Source of the DNA: a virus
IMG/VR virus record: IMGVR_UViG_3300030419_007131
Location: 101,066 to 165,065 of that record
Direction: 5' to 3' (one strand)
Length of the DNA stretch: 64,000 nucleotides
Shown here: positions 28,480 to 38,023 of the stretch, piece by piece
Layout of the letters: the number at the start of each line of letters is the position of its first letter
Position numbering within the stretch: position 1 is the stretch's first letter
Position numbers and translations under genes: made by a program
The notes under the pieces: model-generated
What the model saw: the letters and a program-made list of their open reading frames with translations, nothing else
The model's database searches: none
What the model was told of the DNA's origin: nothing

Positions 28480-28995
28480 TTAGTCAGAAGAAAGTATTTT
28501 ATAGTAAACTGTTGATTTTACTAACGTTCCATACTCTGCGTTTTCAACGATTAATGTAATCATTTTATGAGAGGCGTCTTCGGGGCGCCAAATCATTTGA
28601 AGCCAGCCCTTCTCTTCGTCCCAGTTCCAATCAAACTGGTTTTCTTTTTCTTTATCTTCTGTAATGTGCAAACAATTATAAGAATCTGTAGTCAAAAGGC
28701 TTACTAGGTTATCATAGATCTCCAGGCCTGAATTTAGCGTTAGATCGCGCCCACAAAAATATAGGCTGTCTGCATGCTCTAGTTCTAGAAAAACAAGCCC
28801 TGAGAGCGTATCGGTTTCTACATCGCCGCCGCATCGCCACACTGCTTCTCGGCCGGGTGGAGGTGGCCATGGGTCGACCCAGGTACATTCAAGTTCGAAA
28901 TAAGGGTCTCCGATTTCTAGAAGTTCCGGAGCGGGACAATCACTTAAACAACCATTCATTAATATTAATAAAACAACTAAATATAACTTATACAT
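28480..28995 (-). CDS. putative lipoprotein
   Basis: signal peptide ending in MNGC; several Cys. Confidence 0.55.
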   Translation of the reverse strand: MYKLYLVVLLILMNGCLSDCPAPELLEIGDPYFELECTWVDPWPPPPGREAVWRCGGDVETDTLSGLVFLELEHADSLYFCGRDLTLNSGLEIYDNLVSLLTTDSYNCLHITEDKEKENQFDWNWDEEKGWLQMIWRPEDASHKMITLIVENAEYGTLVKSTVYYKILSSD

Positions 28996-29055
28996 CCTTA
29001 TATTAATTATATTATAATAATATTAATTGTAGGATACAAACAAAAAGTAGATTTT

Positions 29056-29367
29056 TGGTGGAGGTGGCGGGGCTCGAACCCGCGTCCAAAGCAGTTACTA
29101 CTTCAAGTCATTCACAAGTTTAGTCAGTTTTTCTAAACAGACAAAATAGTCAATTTATTTCGATCCGCTGTATTGACAAAAGCGTACTCACTTGTTATGC
29201 TCTTCTTGAACACCTGGCGAAGAGCAACCAGGGATTAAGCAGCTAAGGCTAAATCGTAATCTGCGTCATTGGCAGTTAAGTGTTCCGGAAAAAGATTAAC
29301 GTGATAATTCCAGCTTGCACGACTTGCACTATCCATCTTCCCTACTCTGTCGATACCATTCACCCCC
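29056..29367 (-). ncRNA. ssrA: tmRNA, 312 nt, one-piece; tag ANDADYDLALAA*
   Basis: 5' GGGGGUG pairs with 3' CACCUCC-A-CCA and contains the G3.U alanine wobble; D-like UGGUAUCGAC; T-arm GCGGG-UUCGAGC-CCCGC; resume context UUAACU-GCC; tag ORF 29273-29235 ends in LALAA. Confidence 0.97.
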
Positions 29368-29398
29368 ATATTTTTCTTGACAACTATTCTAGAATCAG

Positions 29399-29758
29399 TT
29401 ATTCTATATCAGTGTCGTATTCTTCTCTTATGTTATATTTTCTTTTCAAAGATTTAAATGTGTATTCATTTATTCCTAGTACCCTTGCAGCCTCTTTGTT
29501 GGTGCTAGTAATACTGATAACAGCATTATATAGTGCTTCTTTCGTGATGTCCACTATATTCGACCATAAATTTAAACCATACAGTCGCCCATTGCTGAGG
29601 CGACTGGCACATTCAAGCTTGAGGCCCAGTACTTCTTCCAGTGTTAGTGCAGAAAGCATTATTTCAAATGCTTCATTAGATTTACCATCTTTTCTCAGTT
29701 TATTTGAAAACGATAGATCATTGCAGAAACCCTGGGTATCAGATTTCTTTCGTATCAT
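29399..29758 (-). CDS. Fis-type HTH protein
   Basis: EALYNAV...NKEAARVLGINEYTFKSLKRKY. Confidence 0.7.
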   Translation of the reverse strand: MIRKKSDTQGFCNDLSFSNKLRKDGKSNEAFEIMLSALTLEEVLGLKLECASRLSNGRLYGLNLWSNIVDITKEALYNAVISITSTNKEAARVLGINEYTFKSLKRKYNIREEYDTDIE

Positions 29759-30637
29759 TTATAATAAGTTTTTTATAATGTCATCAAGGTCTAAGTGTTG
29801 CAACACTTCTTGGAGTTCGAACTCAGGAGCTTCAGTTTCTTCTCCTTCGAGATCTTCGGTTTCTTCCCCCTCAAGGTCTGCTTGCAGGGGATCGGGCTCG
29901 GCATCTGCAGCTTCGAGGGGCGCTTCGGGCTCGTCGTCGAGTTCATTTTCGTACTTTTCAAAATATAAAGCCAAGTTCTTAATGAGGTATTCTTCGAACA
30001 TTGCCAGGTCTTCGGGGTTATCCAGGTCGTCAAAAGCAGTTAAGATATCTTTCTCAATCTTGCCAAAGTCTGTGAAGGCCCTATTACGTCCAGTTTTGTC
30101 TTCCCCGCTTAGGCCAAATTCTTCCTTCTCATCGACTTCTACCTCTTCTACCTCTTCTTCAGCGACATTGATAAAATCCGGATCATCTTCAGGCTTATCA
30201 GCGATATCGATGTCAATATCTTCAGTGATTTCAACATCTTCGCCGGCTTCCTTCCTTGATTCTTCTGGGGCAAGAGATTTTTTCACTGCGCTAAGAATAT
30301 GGTTCTCATACGATCTGCGCTGCTTCGTCTGTCCCGTTGGAGGGTCTTCCTTTGTTCTAGTGGTTAAGGACTTATATCCTGTTTCAATAACAAACAAAAC
30401 ATTGGAATTCCTTAAAAGATCTTCAAGTGCGTTAATCCCAGTACTATCGTGTCGTGCTACAGACGCAACCGCGGACTGCCCTTCGCTCAAAAGATCTCGT
30501 ATGATCTCTCGGAGTTGCAACTCATTCTTCTTCTCTTCGGACAGCAGAGCATTCTTTCGCCGCTTAACAATTTTAATTGCGCTTCTTATGTGCTCTCTGA
30601 GGATCAGCTCTTGTCTTAATTCATCACGATCAATCAT
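29759..30637 (-). CDS. very acidic hypothetical protein, probable head/scaffold component
   Basis: LREHIRSAI / LREIIRDLLSE helices, TGINALEDLL, acidic tail. Confidence 0.6.
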   Translation of the reverse strand: MIDRDELRQELILREHIRSAIKIVKRRKNALLSEEKKNELQLREIIRDLLSEGQSAVASVARHDSTGINALEDLLRNSNVLFVIETGYKSLTTRTKEDPPTGQTKQRRSYENHILSAVKKSLAPEESRKEAGEDVEITEDIDIDIADKPEDDPDFINVAEEEVEEVEVDEKEEFGLSGEDKTGRNRAFTDFGKIEKDILTAFDDLDNPEDLAMFEEYLIKNLALYFEKYENELDDEPEAPLEAADAEPDPLQADLEGEETEDLEGEETEAPEFELQEVLQHLDLDDIIKNLL

Positions 30638-30639
30638 TT

Positions 30640-32793
30640 CTAGCCCACCGTTATACCTAGTAAATAGTCAACTACTTCGTTAACTAGCTCATCTTCTTCT
30701 TGGAGCGGTTTTTTCTTACGACGTCTCTTTTTCTTTTCAGAACCAGTAACTTCGGGCGCCCTTCCTGAATATCCCCATCCGGTTCCGCCCATTCCCGCAG
30801 CTGTGGAGAATTCATTGATATTCATAGCGCTTGGTAATATTGATTTTACATCATCCACATCAACGTTTTCAGGTAAATGTAAACTTAATAGTTCATCGTT
30901 GTTTTCGCGTGCAGCTTTTCGCATCACAGATGCGCTTAAGTCAATCCCGTCAGCGCTTTCTACCGGGCAAGGATCCAGCACTCCCACTTTTACATTAAGA
31001 GGGTTCTTGTCGGGATTATTGGCAAACCAGTTTGCAAAATCCACAGCCCGCTGTGCGTCGGAGGGGCCCTTGGCGCCTACTTTCTGGCTACACCCCAGCA
31101 CAAAGACGGCATCATCGCTGAATTGTGAGACAAACTCTTTATTTCCTAGCAACTCGAACGCGGCCCTCATCGGCTGGTTATGTTCGACGAAACGAATCTT
31201 AGGATCAAGACCTCCATACAGGTCAAATAATCGTTGAGACATCTCTTGCGTGACTCCCTCACGTGCCTTAGGACCGTTCAGTACCACAACGTTTTCCACA
31301 TCTGGGTTATCTGCATAATAGTTGAGCATCGCATAGTGACCTTTATGAGGGGGCTTAAAGCCTCCAGGTATAAGAACCACGTGTCCGCTTTGTTGTTCGT
31401 TAAGAGCCCAATTTACAGCCTCTGCTAAAGCAATTTTCACGCTAGCTGCATTTTTAATAAGAGAAGTAACTGGTACGCCGGCGCGCAAGCTTTCGTACAA
31501 CATATGATTTTTGTTTGTCGTTGCGGGAAGATTTTTTGACCACTCCAGAAGTGATTTAGTCACCGAAAAACCATCCATGCCCCAATATACTGTGAGGCTT
31601 TCGGCTTGTTGAAACTTTGAGCCCTTATCAACAGCGAAGTTTGCCTTGCTAAACTCTAGGCGATCAACAAATTTTACACCATTTCCAGCGTGGTCAACAG
31701 CCACATACCCCTCAGGATTGCTGGCCACTAAGTCACCAGATCCATCATCGATAAAGTGCTTTGTATTATAAACAGCATTGTTATATTTGCTGATAAAGAT
31801 ATTCTTGGCCTCGAACAAGAGCCGCGAGACTTCAAAGAGACTTAAAATATCTGGTCTTTTTTCATCAAAAGCCCGGACCATTTCTTCCCCTTTTTGGGTA
31901 GCTCTCATTCTGCCCTTTTCGGACTTTAAAGAATCAATCCTTTTTTCAAGCCGCGTAAGATACCAGGTTTTAAAGCCCTCAAAGGACTGTTCTGGATTTT
32001 CCAAAAACTTGCCACCCTTAATCTCACTATTGATATAAATGTTGAGAAGATCCATCGGCAGATCATCATAGTTAATTTTTTCATTTACTCCATCGGCCGC
32101 CGCAACCAGTTCCTTTACTTTCGCTTCTTCAGCAACTGTAAGGGTAACAGTACCGGTATCATCGGTGAAAAAGGCGTCATCGAACCAGACTCCAGGTACC
32201 TGATTCAGGCCACTAACATCGGCGCCGAACGAGGCTCCGCTGTCTAAGCCATCATAAGTGGTATGAAAAACAATACCAAATTTTGATTCACCAACTTCTT
32301 TGCCCAACTTAGAGTCCACCGGCACAGCATATGTAATTGTGTTTGGCTTAAACGTATAATGTGGCTCTCCATCAAGTTCGACCACATTTAACATTTCATC
32401 ATCAAACATAAAGTCGCCTTGAAGAATTTTTTCAATCCCCAAAGAGGGCAAAAACCTTAATGCTTTAGTTAGCTTATCAACCAAACCCGGCGCGTGTCCA
32501 TGATTTCTCTGAACATCTTCGGGACTATAGTTTATTTTGGGAATCTTGTTAAAGATGGATTTAGTTCCAACGAAGAATTTCCCATTTTCAGGGTTGACCC
32601 CTGCAAAGATAGCAGGCGCCCCGTCCCACTTAACAGAGGTTTGAACTTTTGATTTAGAGTTTCCTTTAAGTTCTTCTAGTAACTCTAGCAAAAAAGCCCT
32701 AGCCATTCCATAGCCCTTAGGACCTTGCGTTAAAACAAGCTCTTCAAGGTGTGTAAGATGGGTATTCGCCTTTCCCTCGTTCAAAAGAGACAT
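30640..32793 (-). CDS. DUF6267-like KxDG nucleotidyltransferase fused to a HIGH-family nucleotidyltransferase
   Basis: NTHLTHLEE, VKWDG, LQGD, FKPNTITY, PEGYV, VKFVDRLEFS; C-terminal PGGFKPPHKGH...SASVMR. Confidence 0.8.
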   Translation of the reverse strand: MSLLNEGKANTHLTHLEELVLTQGPKGYGMARAFLLELLEELKGNSKSKVQTSVKWDGAPAIFAGVNPENGKFFVGTKSIFNKIPKINYSPEDVQRNHGHAPGLVDKLTKALRFLPSLGIEKILQGDFMFDDEMLNVVELDGEPHYTFKPNTITYAVPVDSKLGKEVGESKFGIVFHTTYDGLDSGASFGADVSGLNQVPGVWFDDAFFTDDTGTVTLTVAEEAKVKELVAAADGVNEKINYDDLPMDLLNIYINSEIKGGKFLENPEQSFEGFKTWYLTRLEKRIDSLKSEKGRMRATQKGEEMVRAFDEKRPDILSLFEVSRLLFEAKNIFISKYNNAVYNTKHFIDDGSGDLVASNPEGYVAVDHAGNGVKFVDRLEFSKANFAVDKGSKFQQAESLTVYWGMDGFSVTKSLLEWSKNLPATTNKNHMLYESLRAGVPVTSLIKNAASVKIALAEAVNWALNEQQSGHVVLIPGGFKPPHKGHYAMLNYYADNPDVENVVVLNGPKAREGVTQEMSQRLFDLYGGLDPKIRFVEHNQPMRAAFELLGNKEFVSQFSDDAVFVLGCSQKVGAKGPSDAQRAVDFANWFANNPDKNPLNVKVGVLDPCPVESADGIDLSASVMRKAARENNDELLSLHLPENVDVDDVKSILPSAMNINEFSTAAGMGGTGWGYSGRAPEVTGSEKKKRRRKKKPLQEEDELVNEVVDYLLGITVG

Positions 32794-32800
32794 GGGATGA

Positions 32801-33049
32801 TTATTCCTTCTTAGATTCTTCTAGAATTTGGACCTGTTCCTCAAGCAGAGTGACCCGCTCTCGAAGGCGTCTAGTTTGTCTTCGAACTTCTGTCAGATTA
32901 GCTGTTGCAACTTCAATCCGGCGCTCGTCTCTCCTAGAACGAGGGACGATAGATTGTAAAACTTCGCCGATAGATTGAATATAACTATCTAAACTTGGTT
33001 TTTTACTTTCACCCAGCATGAACTCGCGAGTGAGTCGCCGGAAGTCCAT
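32801..33049 (-). CDS. hypothetical coiled-coil protein
   Basis: 82 aa. Confidence 0.6.
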   Translation of the reverse strand: MDFRRLTREFMLGESKKPSLDSYIQSIGEVLQSIVPRSRRDERRIEVATANLTEVRRQTRRLRERVTLLEEQVQILEESKKE

Positions 33050-33053
33050 TAGC

Positions 33054-33254
33054 TTACTTATCCGAAGCTGCAGATTTACGACTTGACTTTTTCGCCTTGC
33101 GTGCGGCCTTTTCTGCCGCGGCAGCTCGTGCAGCCTCTAACGCTTGCGCTTCCGCAGCTTCTGCGGCTTGCGCTGCTTGTGCAGCCCCCGCCTCAGCTGC
33201 CGCTGCTTCATCAATCGCCGCTTGGCGACGTCTTTTAATCCATGGTGCAACCAT
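33054..33254 (-). CDS. Ala/Lys-rich small protein
   Basis: 66 aa, AGGAGG SD. Confidence 0.55.
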   Translation of the reverse strand: MVAPWIKRRRQAAIDEAAAAEAGAAQAAQAAEAAEAQALEAARAAAAEKAARKAKKSSRKSAASDK

Positions 33255-33255
33255 T

Positions 33256-34467
33256 TTACTTGGCCTCCTTTTTAATTCTCTCTACAATCCGGCGCGTGAT
33301 TTCTTTCGCTTCCCGAACTGAGATTTTGCGTGGAAGTTGTTGAGTTTCTCCCAGTTTAGCTTGGGCCGCCTCTCTTACCTTGACAGGTCGAACCTTTGTA
33401 GTTGTCCTCGATAGATCTCTGCCTGAAACGCGTACTCCCACCGGCGGCGGCGCATCTTCTGCGGCATCCTCTCCAGCCTCTTCACCAGCAAGTTCCCAAT
33501 CAGCCTTCTTGATGGCCTCAGCCTCGCCGGTATCATCGTCATCATCGCGCCAGCCCCAACCTTCTTCGATTTCCCCTCTACGTCGTTTCGCCGCCAGAAA
33601 CTTCTTTGCCGCAGCGATTTCTTCGGGGGTGCTTGGTTCGTAAGCTTTATCTCCCAATTCTAGGCCTCCAGTACTCGGAGCAACCGTATGACCTTTGACG
33701 CTACTGTGGTGTCGTGGTCTTGTGGCCGTTCCCCCTTGGGCGATACGTTCCCAGGACCTCTTAGTTTCTTCCAGATCTTCGGCTTCTTGTCCTTCCCTGA
33801 AGTGGGTTCCTTCCTCGCCGTAGTCATAGGTTTCTTCACCCTCAGTCTTCTCATTAAGCTTTTCCTCTTCCGACTCCTGCTGCAGTTCGACACATTCGCC
33901 ATCCTGCCACTCAAATCCTTCTTTGCATTCGCTGCCCTTGTCTTCCTTAAGAAGTCCCCACTTTTTCATCAAGAGCGTATTCAGCTCATTATTTTTCCAC
34001 TCGTTTAGTGACATGTTTGGTTCTCCTGAATCCGAGAAATCAATCTCGATGTTAATTTTTCCTGTCTTAATTAGGTCCTCAAAGTCTCTAAAGATTAAAT
34101 TACCTTTAGTATATGCTTCGCGCTCCATTTTACGCATGTGAGGATCCGTTTGTGCATAGCCCGGACCGGTCTCCTTATCTCCTAGGTCACCGCGACAATT
34201 TTGAGCATGATGAACAAGCTCATGCGACAAGGACCGTAGGATATCTTTAGGATGGCGCCCATCAACGTATAACACAATCTCTAGAGCCACAGGATCATAA
34301 AACGCTGTTTTTCCAAGCATTTTTGTAGCATTTTGCTCATCGCTTTGAAAAATAATAGATATGGGTTTATTAAATTGGAGAGCTTTTTGTGAATAAGGGA
34401 AAAAATTATCCACCATTTGCTCCAAATGGCCCAGGTCTCCGTGAGATTTATTTATACACTTATGCAT
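33256..34467 (-). CDS. zincin-domain protein with acidic C-terminal half
   Basis: DILRSLSHELVHHAQ...EREA. Confidence 0.7.
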   Translation of the reverse strand: MHKCINKSHGDLGHLEQMVDNFFPYSQKALQFNKPISIIFQSDEQNATKMLGKTAFYDPVALEIVLYVDGRHPKDILRSLSHELVHHAQNCRGDLGDKETGPGYAQTDPHMRKMEREAYTKGNLIFRDFEDLIKTGKINIEIDFSDSGEPNMSLNEWKNNELNTLLMKKWGLLKEDKGSECKEGFEWQDGECVELQQESEEEKLNEKTEGEETYDYGEEGTHFREGQEAEDLEETKRSWERIAQGGTATRPRHHSSVKGHTVAPSTGGLELGDKAYEPSTPEEIAAAKKFLAAKRRRGEIEEGWGWRDDDDDTGEAEAIKKADWELAGEEAGEDAAEDAPPPVGVRVSGRDLSRTTTKVRPVKVREAAQAKLGETQQLPRKISVREAKEITRRIVERIKKEAK

Positions 34468-34476
34468 TATTCTTAC

Positions 34477-34794
34477 TTAAATAGTTGTAAACAGAAGAAA
34501 GAGCAGTCCCCATAGGTGGTAAACAAAAACAGAAATGTAGATGAAGTTGAGTACCAATAAGGCCCTGAAAATAACCTTTGTAAATCGCTTGCGAAAAAAA
34601 TATAAAATCCAAATCCCTGCGGCACTGAGCCCTAACTTGGCCAAGACAAAAAGAAGGGGACTTACGTCCAAGAAAAACGCCATAATCGGGTTGGCTTCTT
34701 GGCCCAAGTCGTAAGCAACCCAACATATAGTAGCGGTAAGATCAATAAGAATAAAGATTGCCAGGATATATGCTAACCGGACAATTTTCTTCAT
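34477..34794 (-). CDS. DUF5658-like membrane protein
   Basis: D..AT...EANPIM...K; 3 TM helices. Confidence 0.7.
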   Translation of the reverse strand: MKKIVRLAYILAIFILIDLTATICWVAYDLGQEANPIMAFFLDVSPLLFVLAKLGLSAAGIWILYFFRKRFTKVIFRALLVLNFIYISVFVYHLWGLLFLLFTTI

Positions 34795-34811
34795 TCATTA
34801 ATCTCCTTGTT

Positions 34812-35117
34812 CTACCGTCGCGAGTTATCCATTTCTACAGCCTTGAAAATTTCTTCAAACTCTTTAGCAAGTCGATTAATTGCGGCTACTGTTTTATCTT
34901 CCAGCTGATCTTTGGAAGTATCATGTTTTCCGGCAGTTACTATTTGAAATAGAGTTTCTGCTTGCCGCGATAAATGATGTAAAGCCTGTGCAGTAAGATC
35001 GACAGGTTCTTCATATTCTGAGTCGTCTTCCCGATAGGGCATTTCCAACAGAACAGAACGTGAATTCTTGATTTCTTCGTTGATGAGGTCTTTAAGGCTT
35101 TGTCGAGTAATCTTCAT
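34812..35117 (-). CDS. hypothetical protein (MKITRQSLKDLINEEI leader)
   Basis: amphipathic L..LI.EE N-terminus. Confidence 0.6.
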   Translation of the reverse strand: MKITRQSLKDLINEEIKNSRSVLLEMPYREDDSEYEEPVDLTAQALHHLSRQAETLFQIVTAGKHDTSKDQLEDKTVAAINRLAKEFEEIFKAVEMDNSRR

Positions 35118-35120
35118 TAT

Positions 35121-36002
35121 TTAACCCTTCTTCTTTTTCTCTAAGTTGCGCACGATTGTATTGGCTATAGCTTTATCGCTAGGGACATTTAGCTTTCCAA
35201 ATATAGAAGCTAGCGCATCTCGCAACTTAAGTGGTTGAACTCCCGGCGCGCCTAGTACGGTGAGCAATTGTTGTTCAATAGCCTCGGGAGTTTGAATCTC
35301 TGAGCTTGTCCCGGCCACCGCAATTCGTTTGGCGCGTGTGGATGCAGGATCCTGTTCTTCTGACACTTGCATGCTCATTGCATCCAACACGATTTCTTTA
35401 TCGTCGCCGTCTAATGCCGCCATGGCTTGAAGAGCCTTTTGAACCTCCGCTACGTTTTTTACGCCGCGTGCTTTAAGTGCTGCATCGTCTGGAATACCTT
35501 CTTGAAACATTCCCACTGCATCGCCCATGGGCATTGCAAAGCCACCCATGCCACCGGTATAATTACCCGCCGCAGCACCGGCCGCATTATACTGCTGTTG
35601 GTCACGAGGAGGTGCCACAACGCGTTGGTCCGGCATTGGATGGGCGCCCATGTCGATAATACCATTCAAAACATTTCGCATGCATGCTGATGCTTTAAAT
35701 GCATCTTCATAGATTTCATCGTAAACCGGGTCATCCAGCTCTACGATGAGTTTTTCAACGGCCTCACGAGCAGCTAGCGCAACCTCATAAAGTGCGTTGG
35801 CCTCGGGATCTCCCATATCCTGTTCTTTGTCCGAGGTATCGGCCGCGGGCATTCGATGAGGAACCCCTGCAGGCGCCGACGGTACCATCATTCCTCCGGG
35901 TCCATCATGTGCGAGAGCGCCTTCGACAAAAAGTTTAAGTTGTTTGTAATCTATAGTCATTTTAGCCTTTTCCTGGTTTAGCTGAGGCGGGAGTTGTTTC
36001 AA
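35121..36002 (-). CDS. hypothetical protein
   Basis: ORF track; the true start may be MTIDYKQL. Confidence 0.6.
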   Translation of the reverse strand: MKQLPPQLNQEKAKMTIDYKQLKLFVEGALAHDGPGGMMVPSAPAGVPHRMPAADTSDKEQDMGDPEANALYEVALAAREAVEKLIVELDDPVYDEIYEDAFKASACMRNVLNGIIDMGAHPMPDQRVVAPPRDQQQYNAAGAAAGNYTGGMGGFAMPMGDAVGMFQEGIPDDAALKARGVKNVAEVQKALQAMAALDGDDKEIVLDAMSMQVSEEQDPASTRAKRIAVAGTSSEIQTPEAIEQQLLTVLGAPGVQPLKLRDALASIFGKLNVPSDKAIANTIVRNLEKKKKG

Positions 36003-36996
36003 TCCCCGGAAACTTCTTCTTTACAGCGCTATGCACTCTTTTAACTAGGCTTTCTAGGCTTCCATCATACCAACTCGGGGCCGAGGAATACTGATTGGCG
36101 CGTGAAAGGGCGTTTCTTCCGTGTGATTCATCAGGGATGGGAAATTTCCGTTCTTTCGGAAAGATAAAACTACTAGACGACATATCTTTTCGCTCCTTAG
36201 AAGAGAGTTTTTTCTCATCTAGTTGAGTTTCTTCCATCATCTCGTCCAACAAAGCGGACATGTCGAGATCAAACATTTCTTCTGCTTCTTCATTGGTCAA
36301 GACAACTTCAACCTCTTCTTTAATAATTCGATAAATATCAGCTACTTTAATTTTCATTTCTTCTAGTTCCTCTTCTGCGGGCTTTTCTCTTTGCCCAATT
36401 TTACTCTTTAAACTTAGCTTCCAATTCTCCCAATCTTGAAAATGCGCGTCTTTGGGAAACCCTTGCTTTTGAAGCGAATGCAAAACAAACCGAGATAGGC
36501 CATAATCATCAATCCATGTGAAGATGGGAGCTATCCACTCCCACATAACAGAAGCATCTACAGGGCTGGCGACATATAAGGCTGCCGTCAAAACCTTTAG
36601 CTTTAAATCAAGCGGCATTTTTGTCGACTTGTCTTTATCAATGGCAGCAAAATATGCGGCCGCAAGTTCGTCCCCGGCCGGAATGCCAGCCGTAATCGCA
36701 CCGACGCCTGCACGGGCTCGTGCTGCTCCTCTGCTACCTTCGGGGGGAAGCTCACTTCCAGGCCCACTACGCCATTGCGACAAGAGGGGATCCTCTTCTT
36801 CGGTAAGCTGGCGCTTCATCAAAGCATGCAAGAGTTTATCGTTTTCGGAGCCCGGTGTTCCCCCCGCCATTTGGTTTACAGCTGCTAGAATTTTTTTAGC
36901 ATGCGGTTTTAGAAGTTTGTCTATTATTTCTGGTTGAGTATCTCGTTCATGAAGAACTGAATAAACTTCTTTTGCAATAATGTGGGCAAGATTCAT
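35962..36996 (-). CDS. multidomain protein with C-terminal DUF6582-like domain
   Basis: LSSKERKDM...F.FPKERKFPIPDESHGRNALSR; internal MKIKVADIYRIIKEEV. Confidence 0.65.
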   Translation of the reverse strand: MNLAHIIAKEVYSVLHERDTQPEIIDKLLKPHAKKILAAVNQMAGGTPGSENDKLLHALMKRQLTEEEDPLLSQWRSGPGSELPPEGSRGAARARAGVGAITAGIPAGDELAAAYFAAIDKDKSTKMPLDLKLKVLTAALYVASPVDASVMWEWIAPIFTWIDDYGLSRFVLHSLQKQGFPKDAHFQDWENWKLSLKSKIGQREKPAEEELEEMKIKVADIYRIIKEEVEVVLTNEEAEEMFDLDMSALLDEMMEETQLDEKKLSSKERKDMSSSSFIFPKERKFPIPDESHGRNALSRANQYSSAPSWYDGSLESLVKRVHSAVKKKFPGIETTPASAKPGKG

Positions 36997-37044
36997 ATGA
37001 CGCGACTCCAGAGTCTTTTTAATTAGTTCTTTATCGAGTGTTTC

Positions 37045-37968
37045 TCAATTTTCTTCTGGCGTTATATAGACAGGCACTTGGCGTAATCCAAGTTTTTTGG
37101 CAGCCTCTAAACGATGGTGACCATTCATTACATGGTAAAAAGGCTCAGGAACACCCGATTTTGGCGCGCGCCCAACTTTTTCTGCCTGCGTTCTGTAAGT
37201 TTTAACTGGTTTTTGATTGCACACTTCTATGGGTTTAAACTCGCCCTTCTTGATATCTATCATTTTTCTTTTTATGATGTTATCACATTCCGAACTCGGG
37301 CAATTGTGATCTTTGCCGTGCCCCAACTCTTCTGTGGGCAAGACATTATCTATGTTTACATACAAGACCTTCTTGCTTTCCGATAAATCTTCTGAATTCT
37401 TTTCGGCACTTAAACAGTTAATCCACTTATTTCGTAAGAGTTCAGTCTCTTCACCGGGCACTGGGACATGCTCCCCTGCGATCCCAGAACCTTCAAGAGC
37501 CGCAAGCTCTTCTAGGTCGTCATCCCAATGTTTGGTGACTCCAAGCTTTTTTAGCATCTCTACTTTAAAATCTCCGCTCGTGTATTCAACGATCTCTATA
37601 GGCAGATCTAGTGCGGCAATAAGCTCTTCTGGTGTGGGAGCGTCATCCCATGGTTTTTTAGGACCTTCAAGTTTGCACCGCGATGTAACGATTACAACCT
37701 GGTGGCCTTCATCTGCCAATTGACGCACAATGTTGATGTATTTTTCATGTGGTCCAAGATACTCCACATCTCCATCTTCTAAAGTTTTATACCGGATAAG
37801 CGTGTTGTCAAAGTCAAACGAATAAGTGTTTTGTTCTAGGTTGTCTTCGTCTTCCACGACGATCGTACGTTTTTTATACCATGGTGAGTCATCCGGGGGT
37901 ACTCCCTCTCCAAATCCTCGTCCTTCGTTAAGGAACCTCCGCCATTCTTTTAATATTTCTTTCATCAT
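37045..37968 (-). CDS. HAD phosphatase + ParB/Srx-like domain, with EWRRFLNE leader
   Basis: FDFDNTL, IVTSR, K, WDDD; NGHHRLEAAKKLG. Confidence 0.75.
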   Translation of the reverse strand: MMKEILKEWRRFLNEGRGFGEGVPPDDSPWYKKRTIVVEDEDNLEQNTYSFDFDNTLIRYKTLEDGDVEYLGPHEKYINIVRQLADEGHQVVIVTSRCKLEGPKKPWDDAPTPEELIAALDLPIEIVEYTSGDFKVEMLKKLGVTKHWDDDLEELAALEGSGIAGEHVPVPGEETELLRNKWINCLSAEKNSEDLSESKKVLYVNIDNVLPTEELGHGKDHNCPSSECDNIIKRKMIDIKKGEFKPIEVCNQKPVKTYRTQAEKVGRAPKSGVPEPFYHVMNGHHRLEAAKKLGLRQVPVYITPEEN

Positions 37969-37995
37969 TATAAATATACCTTTTCATTCATTTAT

Positions 37996-38023
37996 AGTAT
38001 AGCAGCCCCGAAAATGATGTCAA
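37996..38023 (-). promoter_or_regulatory. sigma70-type promoter
   Basis: TTGACA-16-TATACT with extended TG. Confidence 0.55.

Noticed and set aside
29056-29090. tRNA gene suggested by the T-arm and CCA
   Set aside because: No anticodon arm; the acceptor partner lies about 300 nt away with a tag ORF between, so it is tmRNA
29280-30683. 467-aa plus-strand ORF
   Set aside because: Ser/Phe-rich antisense shadow of acidic minus-strand genes; it also overlaps the tmRNA
33054-33254. Ala-rich repeat as a special element
   Set aside because: Compositional bias of a short helical protein; no exact DNA repeat unit
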